Shown here piece by piece: positions 12,146 to 23,647 of a DNA stretch of 64,000 bases. Origin of the DNA: Amoebophrya sp. A120 (Eukaryota > Protista > Dinoflagellata); the NCBI GenBank assembly GCA_905178155.1, contig CAJINV010000010.1, positions 423,866 to 487,865 on the forward strand, given 5' to 3'. Position numbers and translations under genes: made by a program. How positions within the stretch are numbered: position 1 is the stretch's first letter; every line of letters starts with the position of its first letter. The notes under the pieces were generated by a model. It was not told the origin of the DNA. It made no database searches and was given only the letters and a program-made list of their open reading frames with translations.

Positions 12146-14600
12146 TTACGACGGCTGTCCCGCAAACAGTTGCTCCTTTGCCTTCGGGTATGGAAAGAAA
12201 GCGGCATTTTCGGGAAGAAGTTTGTCATGCGTGGTACTTTGGTACGTATCACCAGTCTTGTACTTGTTCAAGGACCATAGGCATATTTAAAACTGGATGA
12301 CAAACTTCTGACAGAAAAGCGCTTCTTATTCGTAAGTACGAGAACATGTTGACGCCGCACGTTTCGTAGTACTTACGTATGGGACGGAAGATAGTATTTC
12401 TTGCTGTCTCAAGAATCAGCAGGTGGGGTTGATACAGAGAGGCCCATACATATTTACAGCGAGCTCGCTGTGGAGAACTAGCAGGTGTTAAAAGTAGTTC
12501 ACATTTATTTTCTCACCATGACCAATTGCATCGGCCCGAGGCACTTGCAGATGAAGCCAAGAAATGTTTCTTTTCGATAAGTTTCCCGAACAAGACGATG
12601 TCGCACTCGTTTGGTATGCAAAAAAAAAATTTGATCTCAATTTGTAATGCTTGTCCCTCTACAACACCATCAGTTTTGTCGCTCATGCGGCTTGGGCAGA
12701 ATATTGGGTGGAATTCGTGAGGTGCAGGACAAGCAGGACAATTTGCGAGCAAATTTTTCCAGGCCGTAGCCTTTGGAAAGCGCCACGTTTGGCCCGGACC
12801 TTCACTTCTCCGCCACCTGAGATATTGATATTGTCATGCAGATTCACGCATCACAGATCTTTCTCGTAAACCGTCTTTATTACGCATGACAAACTTCAGA
12901 AGTCTTAACCAAAAGCTATACTTTGGATGCAGTGGGTTGACTGCAAGCTGGCCCACTACTCCCGCTGAAAGTATGGAAAGGAAGGAACAAAGGCTATGCT
13001 AAAATTTGACTTCCTTGGGTTTCATCTTTTGCCATGCGAAACAAGCTAAGGGTGGGGAAGCGACTACTCCCTCGTCGTGTGAATCACGCATGACAAATTT
13101 CGGCTGAGCAAGTTTCTTCCACCTTCCATACACGTTGCTGGCAACGCAAACCGGTCGATGTTTGCTTGTTTCATTTGCGCCAACTTGTCGTCGCATTCCC
13201 GCTGCAGGTCCTTCATCACAGGATCTGAAGTTTTTAGTCTTTGGCTTTTGTGTGATGTCGCATGAAAAACGCCTGTATCCAAGCAGTACACTGCATGACA
13301 AACTCATACTAAAAGTGTAAAATACCATTTGGGTCTGTGAAATGCTGTGAGATGGACAACGATCGGTCTCTGTGGTCGATTTCGTTCAGTTATGGAAGAG
13401 AAATGCCACAGCTCCTTTCTCGTCAGACCTAATGAAGCGTGTTTATGCAGGAAATCACTGGATCTCAGTCGAGTCTGCGCTTCAGCAGATGTATGAATAA
13501 TAGATTCTGTTCATGCAAAACCGCTACCAGAGAGAGGGGCTGCGTATCTGTACAAGGTTTTGTTTGCATATCTTGTACACCCGCTGCAATTCCCGCACTT
13601 GCTTTCCTATGAAATGCAAATATGTCTGGGTCTGGAAGAGGAGAAGTTTGTAATGCACATTTTCCATGATCCATGATGTCTGTGATGTATGCAACAGCAT
13701 CACAGATTTTTTGAGCGCTTATCTATGCGCATCCAGCATGACAAATGCCCTCTCCGCGTAGCCAAATTTGAATTCTCTTGCGGGTCATGCAATACAGGTT
13801 TTTTTAGCATCCAAATACAGCATCACAAGTTTGGCTCTTCCAGACCCAGACATTTTTGCATTTGATATTTCCACTGTTGCACCCATACGTCAGCTGCTTC
13901 AACACTGCGTCTTCGTGCTGGTTTGGTAGTTTTTGAGAACTTGTCATGCAGGAATGGTATTTTGTTGAAAGACATCTTTTATGCAGCAATAAACTTAAAC
14001 ATGAGAAGATGCAGTGCAAAACATATTAAATTATCTTACTCTAACATTCGGCGGCTTTTCCACCCAGGTTTTCTTCAACTTTGCGGCGTTGATGGGGTAT
14101 GGAAGGGAAAAACACGCCTGGCCGTGAATGCCAATTTCTGTCATGCCAATTTCAAATCAATCTTATGCTCTTCATGCAAGACAAATGTGAAGAATCGGCC
14201 ATATGCTAAAAACAGCAACACAAACAGTCACGGTCGATGATTTTCCCCTTTCCCGTAAATCCGGAACGCAGCCTATTCTCGGAGCGGGTAAATACTGCTT
14301 TTCGCTGTTAATCTATCACAGGAAAAAAGTGTTACAGTTACACACTTGTTGGAGTTTCTGCATGACAAAGTTGCTCAACAATGCAAAGAAAACCTGTGAT
14401 GCGCAGACTATAGGGGAAACCACGAATGAAATGAGGCTGGCAAGCATTTCCTGCATGACAGAGGTGGTCTGTCTTGCTTGTCTTCCATCAGAGAGTGTAA
14501 CTGTAACAGTTTTTTCTCAGGATATAATCACGTTCGCCGCCACCTCGTTCATGGCGTTGGGCGTAGCGCCCTTCATCCGAAACACGCCGTCCAGGGCCAT
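12146..14600 (-). CDS. Hypothetical multi-exon protein (weak resemblance to ciliary microtubule-inner-protein motifs)
   Basis: Spliced peptides MALDGVFRMKGATPNAMNEVAANVINSEKQYLPAPRIGCVPDINAAKLKKTW, GCNSGKQVRELQRVYK, IDRFALPATSAGVVGQLAVNPLHPK, YYETCGVNMFSYKAKEQLFAGQPS*. Internal exon structure only partly resolved. Confidence 0.6.
12189..12334. mobile_element. Eroded introner (degenerate TIRs, TSD lost)
   Basis: Left end TATGGAAAGAAAGCGG...AAGTTTGTCAT versus reverse complement of right end TACGAATAAGAAGCGC...AAGTTTGTCAT; removal of element+5 nt gives NMFSY-KAKEQLF. Confidence 0.6.
12972..13130. mobile_element. Eroded introner
   Basis: TATGGAAAGGAAGGAAC...GTTTCTTCCACCTTCCATA; removal of element+5 nt gives LPAT-SAGVVG; 5' end reads GTATGG. 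Confidence 0.6.
13608..13867. mobile_element. Introner family A
   Basis: TSD tttcc/tttcc; removal gives CNSG-KQVREL. Confidence 0.92.
14098..14257. mobile_element. Eroded introner
   Basis: TATGGAAGGGAAAA...TTTTCCCCTTTCCCGTA; removal of element+5 nt gives CVPD-INAAKLKK. Confidence 0.6.
14314..14524. mobile_element. Introner family E (TIR TATCnnnGnAAAAAAnTGTTACAGTTACAC)
   Basis: TSD taatc/taatc; removal gives AANVI-NSEKQY. Confidence 0.9.
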
Positions 14601-15339
14601 GATTGAAGATTCTGGGGTTTCTGATAGCTTTCTTCTAGTCAAGTCTTTCTGTTTTTTCACGATCACAGAGGCAAAGTTTTAATTTGTACAAAAAAGGTTA
14701 AGATCCTTACATTTCGATTTCAGAGGGGGCGCAGAAGATGCTGAGACAAAGACCACACTGACAAGTGCGAACTGAATGACAACGTCCGGTAATTACACCG
14801 TTGCCCCGCCACGATGACGAACGATGAATGGCGGCTGGTTCGATCGCGTTGTACTTATAGTAGAACGAATTGTATCATCATTAATATACAACGAATTCCT
14901 CCTCGCGGCATTCTACCTTCTACTCGTCTCGTCTACGAACGTACTTACTTCTACTCATTCCCTCGATGGCCACCCGAAAAATGCGAGCGCAGCTCTCTTG
15001 ATGTTCCGTCTCAGCGAGCAAGCTTGCGGCTACTAACTACCTCCGAAACCGAAGCTGCCATGACCGACATTTTCGATTCGTCTAAAGCTAAACGACATCA
15101 GGCGAGAGAAGAAAATGGCATTCTGAAATGCTAAGTATTCACTCGCGTTCGTAAAGGACTAGGACCCTCCTGAGCGTTAACGTTATTAACCTTCTGCTTG
15201 CCGTCAATATCGGTGAAGCCGCATGACGAGGATGATGCTCTGAAGCAGTGCACTTTTGAAACAGTGAGTCGCCCTTGCCGTTTTATTTTGTCAATAGCAA
15301 CAATCAATGCCATATGAAGCGACAAAGTTCAGTCGGTAT

Positions 15340-15580
15340 TTCATATCATACATTTCTTTGTGCCAGATAATTTCAGGGGCGGGAGTAAAAAACATCAGCG
15401 CGCCAACTCCTCATCCAACCAGGGCTCCAGCCGTATATTTCAGCCCGAAGGAAGATGCCATCGACGAATCGGAAACCGGAGAAAAGAGGTCAAGATCAGG
15501 CAACGTGGTCTGCACTACTTCTACTGGCGCGTAGTACTAGATGTTACTTCGACGAGAACTACTCATCATCGCTTCTTCGA
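15340..15580. repeat. Diverged direct repeat, copy 1 (copy 2 at ~19980-20210)
   Basis: Shared GTGCCAGATAATTTCAG...ACATCAGCGC.CCAACTCCTCATCCAACC...ATCAGGCAACGTGGTC...TGTTACTTCGACGAGAACTACTCATCATCGC; weaker similarity continues at ~15785-15875 versus ~20505-20595. Confidence 0.85.
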
Positions 15581-15912
15581 GGAGTTTACGGCGTATCTGT
15601 AGTCTGAGTCTCTTCGCCTCGCGGCTCCTCGGGGGAGGCGGGAGCAGCGACGACTTGTTCCCTTAATGGTGCTGGCTTCTCCGGGTCCGGGACTGTGCTG
15701 GCTTCAGGAGAGGCCGGAAGAGCTGGGTGTATCATTTACTTTCCTACACGTTCGTGTTCCGCATCGGAAAAGTATCGCGAAAAAGAAAAACATCACGGAT
15801 AAATAAATTCAACTCAATCCATATGCATCCATATCCGATAATATCGAAAGCAAAATACCGGCATCGAGCCCAAAGTTGATCATAGAACTAGAAGCGAAAT
15901 AAATAAACATCA

Positions 15913-18825
15913 TCATGTTGTCGTACGTTCATCAGGTGGATAAATGGGGTCATTCGGATAGGCCAAGTCCACCGGGTTTTTTTCCGACGGCTCTTGGTTG
16001 TTCAAGTGTCGCACCGCATTCTTTCTTCCTTCCCAATCATGGTATTTTTTGTCATGTGCAACGCTGCTCGACGTTCCGACTCCTCCTCCGAACAAAAGAA
16101 TGTTGTCGTGCGTCCTGTAAATTTCTCATTCTCCCCCCACCTTGTCACTAACACTGAATTTCCAAGACGGGTTGCTAGTTACGCAGCCTGAAATTAGAAC
16201 ACCGTCCCGATCCCGGCGGGAGGGGGAGCTGTTTACGCAAATACCGAGTTTTGTCATCGGCTGCCCGTCTACATCAGGTTGTCTGTGTTCTGCGCTGCAG
16301 AGTACGTCCAAGTTGGATTTCTCGTAATTCTGCGCTTCGCGACGATCTTTTCTATTGGTATTTGTACAATTATTCCCTACCGCTCCGTAACCCTCCCATT
16401 TCACTTTCTTCAAATCCACATCCGTGATAATCGGCGGCGGTTTCTTCAATTCATCCACCTCACTTGTTGATACCGGTGGCGGATTTGTTCCTCCATTGTC
16501 TTCTCCATCACCCGCCGAACTTCCTCCCTTCTCCTGCTCCTTGACGTTGACGTTGTGCGTCTCTAGGACTGATCGGAGGATCTTCCGAAAATTATCGCCG
16601 TATCACGTAGTGCCATTATTGTATATCGTTCGTTGGAATTGTATGATGTCGCAAAGCTGTGAGTTGGTAGCTTTGACGATGCAAACGGAAGGTCTGATCG
16701 TTAAGTCGGGATTGATCCTACCAGAACGTGGATATGAACAGCATACACATGGAGTTCTTGGAGCATCGCTTTACTTACAGAGAGCGTACTTTGAAAGAAA
16801 ACTGCGAAATACAACTGCTGATGGCAGTATCTTTCCACTTCCCTCACAACTCATTGCTTTGTTCCTGTGGCATACATTAACAACTGCTCTTCGAAAATCT
16901 CCTTCTTCGACAGCTCCAACTGCTCTGACTCTTTCTCCTTATTTCCCTTGTAACCGTAAACAAACGCGTCGGAGGAGCACCTACAACCTTCATCCCGCAT
17001 ATCACCTCGCGACGAACCCCAGACACACCGCCCCAACTTCAATCCCGCCGTGATGCAAAGGGTTCTCGGTACTTTCCCACTTATTCTATTTTCCTCGGCT
17101 TCTTCATGCTCTGTTTCGTGCTCGGCTATCCATTTCTTAATCAACTCCGACTTCGCCTCCTGTCTTATTTTCTGTTGGTCTTCAAATGATTCCGTCCTTC
17201 TTTGCCAAAACGATGGCTGAATCCGATCGTCGTCGTCGTCAATATGAGGTGGGTGAATAGATTTGCGTGCCGTCTCTTCGAAGCACCCTCTCCATCCTTT
17301 ACCGCTTGGTCCCAACACTTCTTTTGCGTCACATAGCGGACCTATTCCGCCGAAAAGAGTTTTGTCGTCGACGTTTGGTTCCGCGGGCGCGGGTTTTGTT
17401 CTACTTTTTCGGCGACCCGCAGGCGCAGACCCAAGCCGAAAGCAAGTTTATTGAGATGCAACTTGTGTCCTCCAGTCCGTCCCAAGCAATTTCTGTCCTA
17501 TCTATACAGCAAGAATGCGGCCAAGTGGATTTGGCAACACAGATTTTGAAATGCGCTTCCTATTTCAATTTCCTAAAGCACGCTGTAAAACGTCAGGAAC
17601 AACGTAGATCAAAATCACAAAACGCACCCCTCTTAGAGGCACTGCGGTAGATGAAGTGGATCGAATGTAGCAATTTTGCTTCGAGCGTACTGACACAGAC
17701 ATAATTTTCATCTCGATAACGTCGGACTCCGTTTCTTCCCGTGTACGCCACGTGGTGCGGTGGCTGCGCGGTGTTGTGGACTCCTCCAACACGTGGTCTG
17801 CTCTGGCAGATGATCGGAGGTTGCGCGAGTTGCTTTGACGGGAAATGGTACTGGCGTATTGGTGGTACTGTGGTCGGCCGTCGGGATGAAAGAGGTGGAA
17901 GAGGACGATGTTGTAGGCATTTGCAATATCGTAGCAAAACGATGACTCAAGAAATGGCTATGTATGGTTTATCACTGCATGCGTGAAGAATGGCCACACA
18001 TCATTGCTCCATCAACTCGACTTCATTGCTAGTGTCATTTGTAGTCTGTCATGTCTCTACGTCACACCATCCTGGCCTCGGCAGGCAGCTCAAAATTTGC
18101 TTCTTTGAAGATTGTTCATGCTCGTCTACTTCTACTAGCTGCGAGAATGCATAGCTTGACTTGACTCAACTACACATTGCAGCGATATTAATTGCTGTCC
18201 ATACCTGTCGTGGTCCTGGTCGTCCACCTCCGTGGAGAGAATCCGACGCTCCAAACTGTTCACGGAAAGAAGAAGAAGAACTGGAGGAAATGCTGCGTGA
18301 CTCCACTCGACTTTTCTCGGCGTGGACTCGTGGACGGTTTCTCCGAACAAGATGCGGGTTGGAAGTGGTCAAAAAACTCGTCATTGCTCGTGGAGATGAT
18401 GATGTCCTCGTGTGCAGAAGACCACTTGTTCGTCCACCAACCGCAGAAGTTGTGAATGATGAACTACCTCGGTTGGGGTTGCAGCCACCAAAGAAACTGC
18501 TACTACTGCTTCCTCCCCCGGATGTTCTTCCTGCTCCAAGGAACGTCGACGCGGCGGAATCAATAGCCCTGGTCGTTGTCCCTTTCGCGATTTGGTGATG
18601 AACTCCGACTGGTGCAAGCGGGCCACTGGACGTAGTATTTGTCCCGTTTATCGGGTTCTCGAAAAACGAAGTTGCCGCGGCTTTGTTGTTGTACAGAGTC
18701 GTGTGTTGCAAATCCTGGTGCTCCTGCTCCAGACTGTTGCGGCAGCCGCCGAGTGCGGATCCATCCGCCAGCAGAGCTCCTGCCAGGCCCGGCATGATGG
18801 TTTTCGTCGTTGATAAGCAGGACAA
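15913..18825 (-). pseudogene. Decayed hypothetical gene, N-terminal part paralogous to 21158-22510
   Basis: MPGLAGALLAD...HQDLQHTTLYNNK..TSFFE..AASTFLGAGRTSGGGS aligns with MPGAAGAGLLAD...HPDLYTTLHDKN..TSFFH..AAAAFLGGGRISAGGS. Downstream frames carry several in-frame stops (e.g. VGGE*EIYRT at 16126) and frameshifts. Confidence 0.5.
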
Positions 18826-19979
18826 GAAGAAGTTCTACTACTACTAGATCTGCTACGACGTCACAGAAATCCTCGCGTCTTTCCGAGAGAAGTAAATGCT
18901 CGGGCTCGTCGGAGGTGGAGCGGGAGGAAGTAGAAGTTCCGACTGGATTTTGTCTCCCGATCCGCGACTCGGCGACTCGGTGCTGCTGGCCGTGAAAGTT
19001 GTTCTTTGCTCCAGCGAGGCACAAGCTGCGTTGTTCTTGGAATCGACAGCTTCTGCTTTGCAGAGCCAGAAATGGAAGTCTAGCGTTCTTCAACTACTGC
19101 TTGATGTCTTCTCCTCCGACGTTAGCTCGTCGTGTGGCCTCGTTCACCGTTCACCCGGAAGTTGTACAAAGCCACGGTGATGTACTTCTCAAAAATCGGT
19201 GCATTTATTTTTAACGAACAAGAAGAACTACACGACTACCGTCACACGAGCCTGTTCTTCCACCTCTTCATCTTAGACTCCCACTGCTTGCATGCGCAAC
19301 AGAAATCCGGTTGTGCATATTAAAGAAACTTTGACAAATCATATGCTCACTCTCGAGGAACTCGTGGCGAAAGAGACATTGACACAACCAACAGGATTCA
19401 GGCCAGGACAACTCCAAGCAGAGCTACCACCTGCTCGGCTCCAAAATTCTCTGTCTGATGTTCTCAAGAACGATAAGAACCTGGTTGCTCTCTCGAGGAA
19501 GTCTCGCCACAGCGCGCGGGGCTTTGTTCGTCCTCTCAAAGGCGTTGCAATAAACGGAATGCTCTCATCAAAGAAGTACCCGAGTGCACTACAAGCTTGC
19601 TTCCCCATCTCCATCAACGAAAACGACCACGATGATATGGACGAAATCAAGATCCTCGCTTCTTTTTTCGTGAGTTGGTGCCACTTGCAAACCTGAACAA
19701 CACAGAACAACTATGTATTTGTAGAACTCAAAGCCGCAGGCTGCTGTCCGCAGCCGTTGCGTTGTGTGTTCCTTCCTCTTCGGAAACCCAACGGAGTCCG
19801 TTAATTTCGTGCCCTTGTCTTTTCATTTTCTACTTTTTTGCGCATCAACAATCGACATTGATTGTCCAATTTCGGAGAGCGATTGCCTTTCCAAGACCGA
19901 TGGATGGTCCTTGACGACGAGAAGCAGTTGCTCATCTTCATCTAGTGTACGTTGTGGCTATAGAAAGAAAGATCATTAC

Positions 19980-20210
19980 TTCATATCATTATCATACATT
20001 CGTGCCAGATAATTTCAGTGGCGAGACTATACAACATCAGCGCACCAACTCCTCATCCAACCACGGCTTTTGACCGTATTCTCCGGCCCGACGAAAGATG
20101 CCATCGAGAAATTGGAAACTGGAGAAGAGAGGTCGAAATCAGGCAACGTGGTCCGCACCATTGGCACGCAGTACTAGGTGTTACTTCGACGAGAACTACT
20201 CATCATCGCG
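19980..20210. repeat. Diverged direct repeat, copy 2 of 15340-15580
   Basis: Same shared blocks as copy 1. Confidence 0.85.
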
Positions 20211-21157
20211 ATCGCTTCGTCGAGGTTTATTACGGCGATGTTTGAGGTGCAGTCTTTCCTCCAGCATCTGACTCATCGTTTTTTGGTACTGCTGCAACTG
20301 CTGCGTCAATTGCAGGTTTCGCAACGACAACCGGGGTACCGCCAACGGTTTTGGTTTGCGTGTGCTCAAGCGACGCGGGGTTGCCGAGGCGGACGGGCTC
20401 ACCGGTGACAACCGTTACTGGATTCGGGTTCTTGGCAATCGCTGAGTGATGTATTTTTCAAAATTTACTTTGCGCATGCGTTTTCGTCCTTGGAGAGTAT
20501 CACAAAAAACATCGATCAGTCACGTAAGTATGTTCAAATCAAATTATGTGCATCTACGTCCGACATCGAAACCAAAATATCGGCATTGACCCATGAGCAT
20601 GATGCATAAGCTGTTCAGTTCATAGCAGCCTGCTGAAGCGAAAGAAGCATGATAGTACGTTGATCAGCTGCTGCTGCTGCTGGACCTTCTCCTTGTACCG
20701 GCTGACCCATGACGACAGCCCCACTCACATCATTATAGTCTACGCCCTGCACAACCAGAATTTATATAGTGAAGTGATGCGCGACACTTTTGCGTGACAA
20801 AATCCACTTTCTTAACTTCTCTTCAGTAACAAATAAGGCAACGAACTTTTTTTCACTTGTATATCACGATGCATTTTTAGGAAGAACTTTTATCAGTACC
20901 TCAGAACCTGCCGCAGGCTGATCAGTTCCTACTTTCGCCAAGGTTGCCAAATCTTCTAAGCCACAGTTGCTTGATGAAACAAGCTTCCCATTTACGCAGC
21001 ACGGGTTATTGCTGGATTCGTCGCTTGAGCCTAAGTAGTCGTTTTGATCGTGTGTTGGAATGTGCATGGTGTGGTGTCGTTTTTATGTTGTATGGAGCAG
21101 TTGTAGGAGCAACAAGACCTAGGATCTTGTGGCGACGAGAAAGGTGCTTATATACAC

Positions 21158-22510
21158 TCACAGGCGAAACGAAAAATATGCTATATCAACTTCAATAAAA
21201 ACCAATCTTCGAAACATCGGGGTAGTACAGTCAACGTCGTAAAATTTTTTCAGCATGCCCTGGACGCAACTGGTCAAGCTCTGGCCGCCAAACATCCCCC
21301 AGTTCTCCGGTAAGTTTTGCCACGGAGGAATCCACATGTAGAGCCGCTTGCCGTCAATGCTTCCTAGTCGACAACACTTCATCTGTTGCCTCAGATCGTT
21401 CTGGTCGCCCACGTTCATCGTGCCTTGGGTGTTGTTCGTCAGTGTGTTCTCAAGTCGTTCCTCGAGCCGAGCAAGCCGGCTGGTTAATCCTGGGTGCGCG
21501 TTCTCCAGCGCTTGGGAGTTCGGGCTTAGTTGTACGCCCTTCGCCCTCGGTTGAGAGTCTTGCAACCTGTTCCCGTGTGGTGGGTGTAGTCCGGTGACCG
21601 AATATGGGGCGACGGGGTGGTTGAACCACCGCAACAGCATCTCCCTCCCGGTTTTGTTTCTCCCGTAACCGTCCTGCCCGAAGTCGGATTGTCCTTTGTC
21701 ATCATTCTCCACCTTTACACTTTTATTCTTGGACTTTGTTTCAACAACGTTCCAGTACGCGGTGCACACATCACGGAGGAAGCCCTGCATCACCTCTTTA
21801 GACTTCAATTTGGGAGACGATGTGTCCGGACTGGCAAATGTCGTCGATGTCGGCGGTTTCGTCACAGTGGGTTTGCGCGAAGCCATGTCATGATGCTGAT
21901 CTAACGGCTGTTGCAATTTTCCGGTGGAAGACAGGGATGACCCTGACTCTCCTGCAGCGTAACTGGTGACCGTCCGCACTCGTGCAGCATTTCTACTTGG
22001 ATCAGGCAACAACCCATTACTGTCAGCGCTGCCCCAGTGACCGCTGTCCCGCAGGCGAGGTTGCTCCCCTCCCCGTGGTGGGCCACTCGTGATCGCAATT
22101 GAGGGATGGGGGGGGGGGGGGCGTCCTGTAGGAACTGCTGCGAAGCTTGTTCGTGGTAAGGATGTTTCTACTGTTCGCCCGGAGTTATTGCTGCTACAAC
22201 TTCCCCCCGCGCTTATTCTTCCTCCTCCAAGGAATGCCGCAGCCGCCTCAACACTGCTCATTTGGCGGTTCGGCAATCGTGTGTTCACCGCGGCCAGAGG
22301 CGAAGTTTCAGACGCGAAAATCTTGTCAGCGCGACCGATCGAGGTATTTGGATTCTTCACCGCGACGCCCACCGCACCTTCGTGAAAGAACGACGTGCCG
22401 CCATTCTTGTCGTGCAGCGTCGTGTACAGATCTGGATGCTTGTTCCTGTTCCCGTTGAAGTAGCTGTCCAGCGAATCCGCCAACAGACCAGCTCCCGCGG
22501 CGCCCGGCAT
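21158..22510 (-). CDS. 450-aa hypothetical protein (may be a pseudogene fragment)
   Basis: Long ATG-started ORF, paralogous to 18166..18825; no recognisable domain. Confidence 0.5.
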   Translation of the reverse strand: MPGAAGAGLLADSLDSYFNGNRNKHPDLYTTLHDKNGGTSFFHEGAVGVAVKNPNTSIGRADKIFASETSPLAAVNTRLPNRQMSSVEAAAAFLGGGRISAGGSCSSNNSGRTVETSLPRTSFAAVPTGRPPPPHPSIAITSGPPRGGEQPRLRDSGHWGSADSNGLLPDPSRNAARVRTVTSYAAGESGSSLSSTGKLQQPLDQHHDMASRKPTVTKPPTSTTFASPDTSSPKLKSKEVMQGFLRDVCTAYWNVVETKSKNKSVKVENDDKGQSDFGQDGYGRNKTGREMLLRWFNHPVAPYSVTGLHPPHGNRLQDSQPRAKGVQLSPNSQALENAHPGLTSRLARLEERLENTLTNNTQGTMNVGDQNDLRQQMKCCRLGSIDGKRLYMWIPPWQNLPENWGMFGGQSLTSCVQGMLKKFYDVDCTTPMFRRLVFIEVDIAYFSFRL

Positions 22511-23647
22511 CGTGGTACTGGTAGTTGGGGGTACACGTGGGACCAGAAAAAGGTGGAAACTCGGGCTTCAGGTTCAAGAAAAAACTTGTTCTGTGGGGAC
22601 CGAGAGTTGCACGTTCTCGTCAGTCTGTCGTACCAGGAGAGTTGCACGAACAGATGAGCGCTTTCCTCAGCCAGCGGAGCTCTGTTGTTGTGTTGTGGAG
22701 CTACGCGGACACCAGCGTCGTACTTCTTGGTGATCTGCGCAGTAACATCTTGGATTTAATATTGTAAAAATGCGGGCACACGTGTCCTATCAAAATCAAA
22801 TGCAACTACAACCACACCATAAGTAACATCGATCTTCGATCGGATTTATGCATTGATGATGACTGTTGAAGATGGCAGTCACGAGTCGCGCACACGGCAT
22901 CAAAGCGTATGCTGTAGTCACGAGACTCGCTGCTCATGGTTTCTGCACACCGTCACTCGGAGTCTCTTTCCTTCCGAGTTACCATTCAGAGGGCACGATA
23001 CTCAGCACTGACCTCCTGCTCTCATATGTTGATGTACTTCTACATACGAACAAGACGATAGACTGACTACCTGAATCCCGATGGTCCTTACCTACGACGA
23101 CGACTCGAAGTAGCGAACGCTCCAACAACTTGTTGTTTGTCTGTGGTAAAGACAAAAACCAGATAGCAGAAGCATCCTCAAATGAAGAGCTATCTGTGCC
23201 TATGTACGAGTCACTTCTTCGGCTGAGAGTAGTCTTCATTCAAAGTCGATGAGATTAGCAAAAAAAATCTAAAATTTTTCCAGAGGACTATCACGGAGTA
23301 CTCCCAGGTGCTGTTGGCACCGGCAACCTTGTCTTGTCTACAATCAGTTCGCTCTTTTGGTATCGGTCATCATGGTCATGCGTAAAGGTACTTATGTTGA
23401 TGGTCAAGGTCATGATAGATAACGTCGTTTTCATTATGATTGATTCTATGCAAAATGAAATTGAGGGACCTCATACTCTTTTTTTATGCTTCACGCAAAG
23501 CAGCCTGTTTGTGGATTGGTAGTGGCGGGAGTAAACCCAGGAAAGAGATGAGAAAAGTAGAGTGATGATATCGTAGAAACCTTTGTTTTCGTTCTCTTCT
23601 TTTTTTTACACGAAGACTATCATCATGGCTAATCCCCTCAAACATCC

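Noticed and set aside
15913-17318. In-frame TGA/TAA as evidence for a stop-reassigned genetic code (known in one Amoebophrya lineage)
   Set aside because: Intact genes (sirtuin, NRS/ER, the long exons) have no internal stops and use TGG and CAA/CAG normally; this region also has frameshifts, so decay is the simpler explanation.
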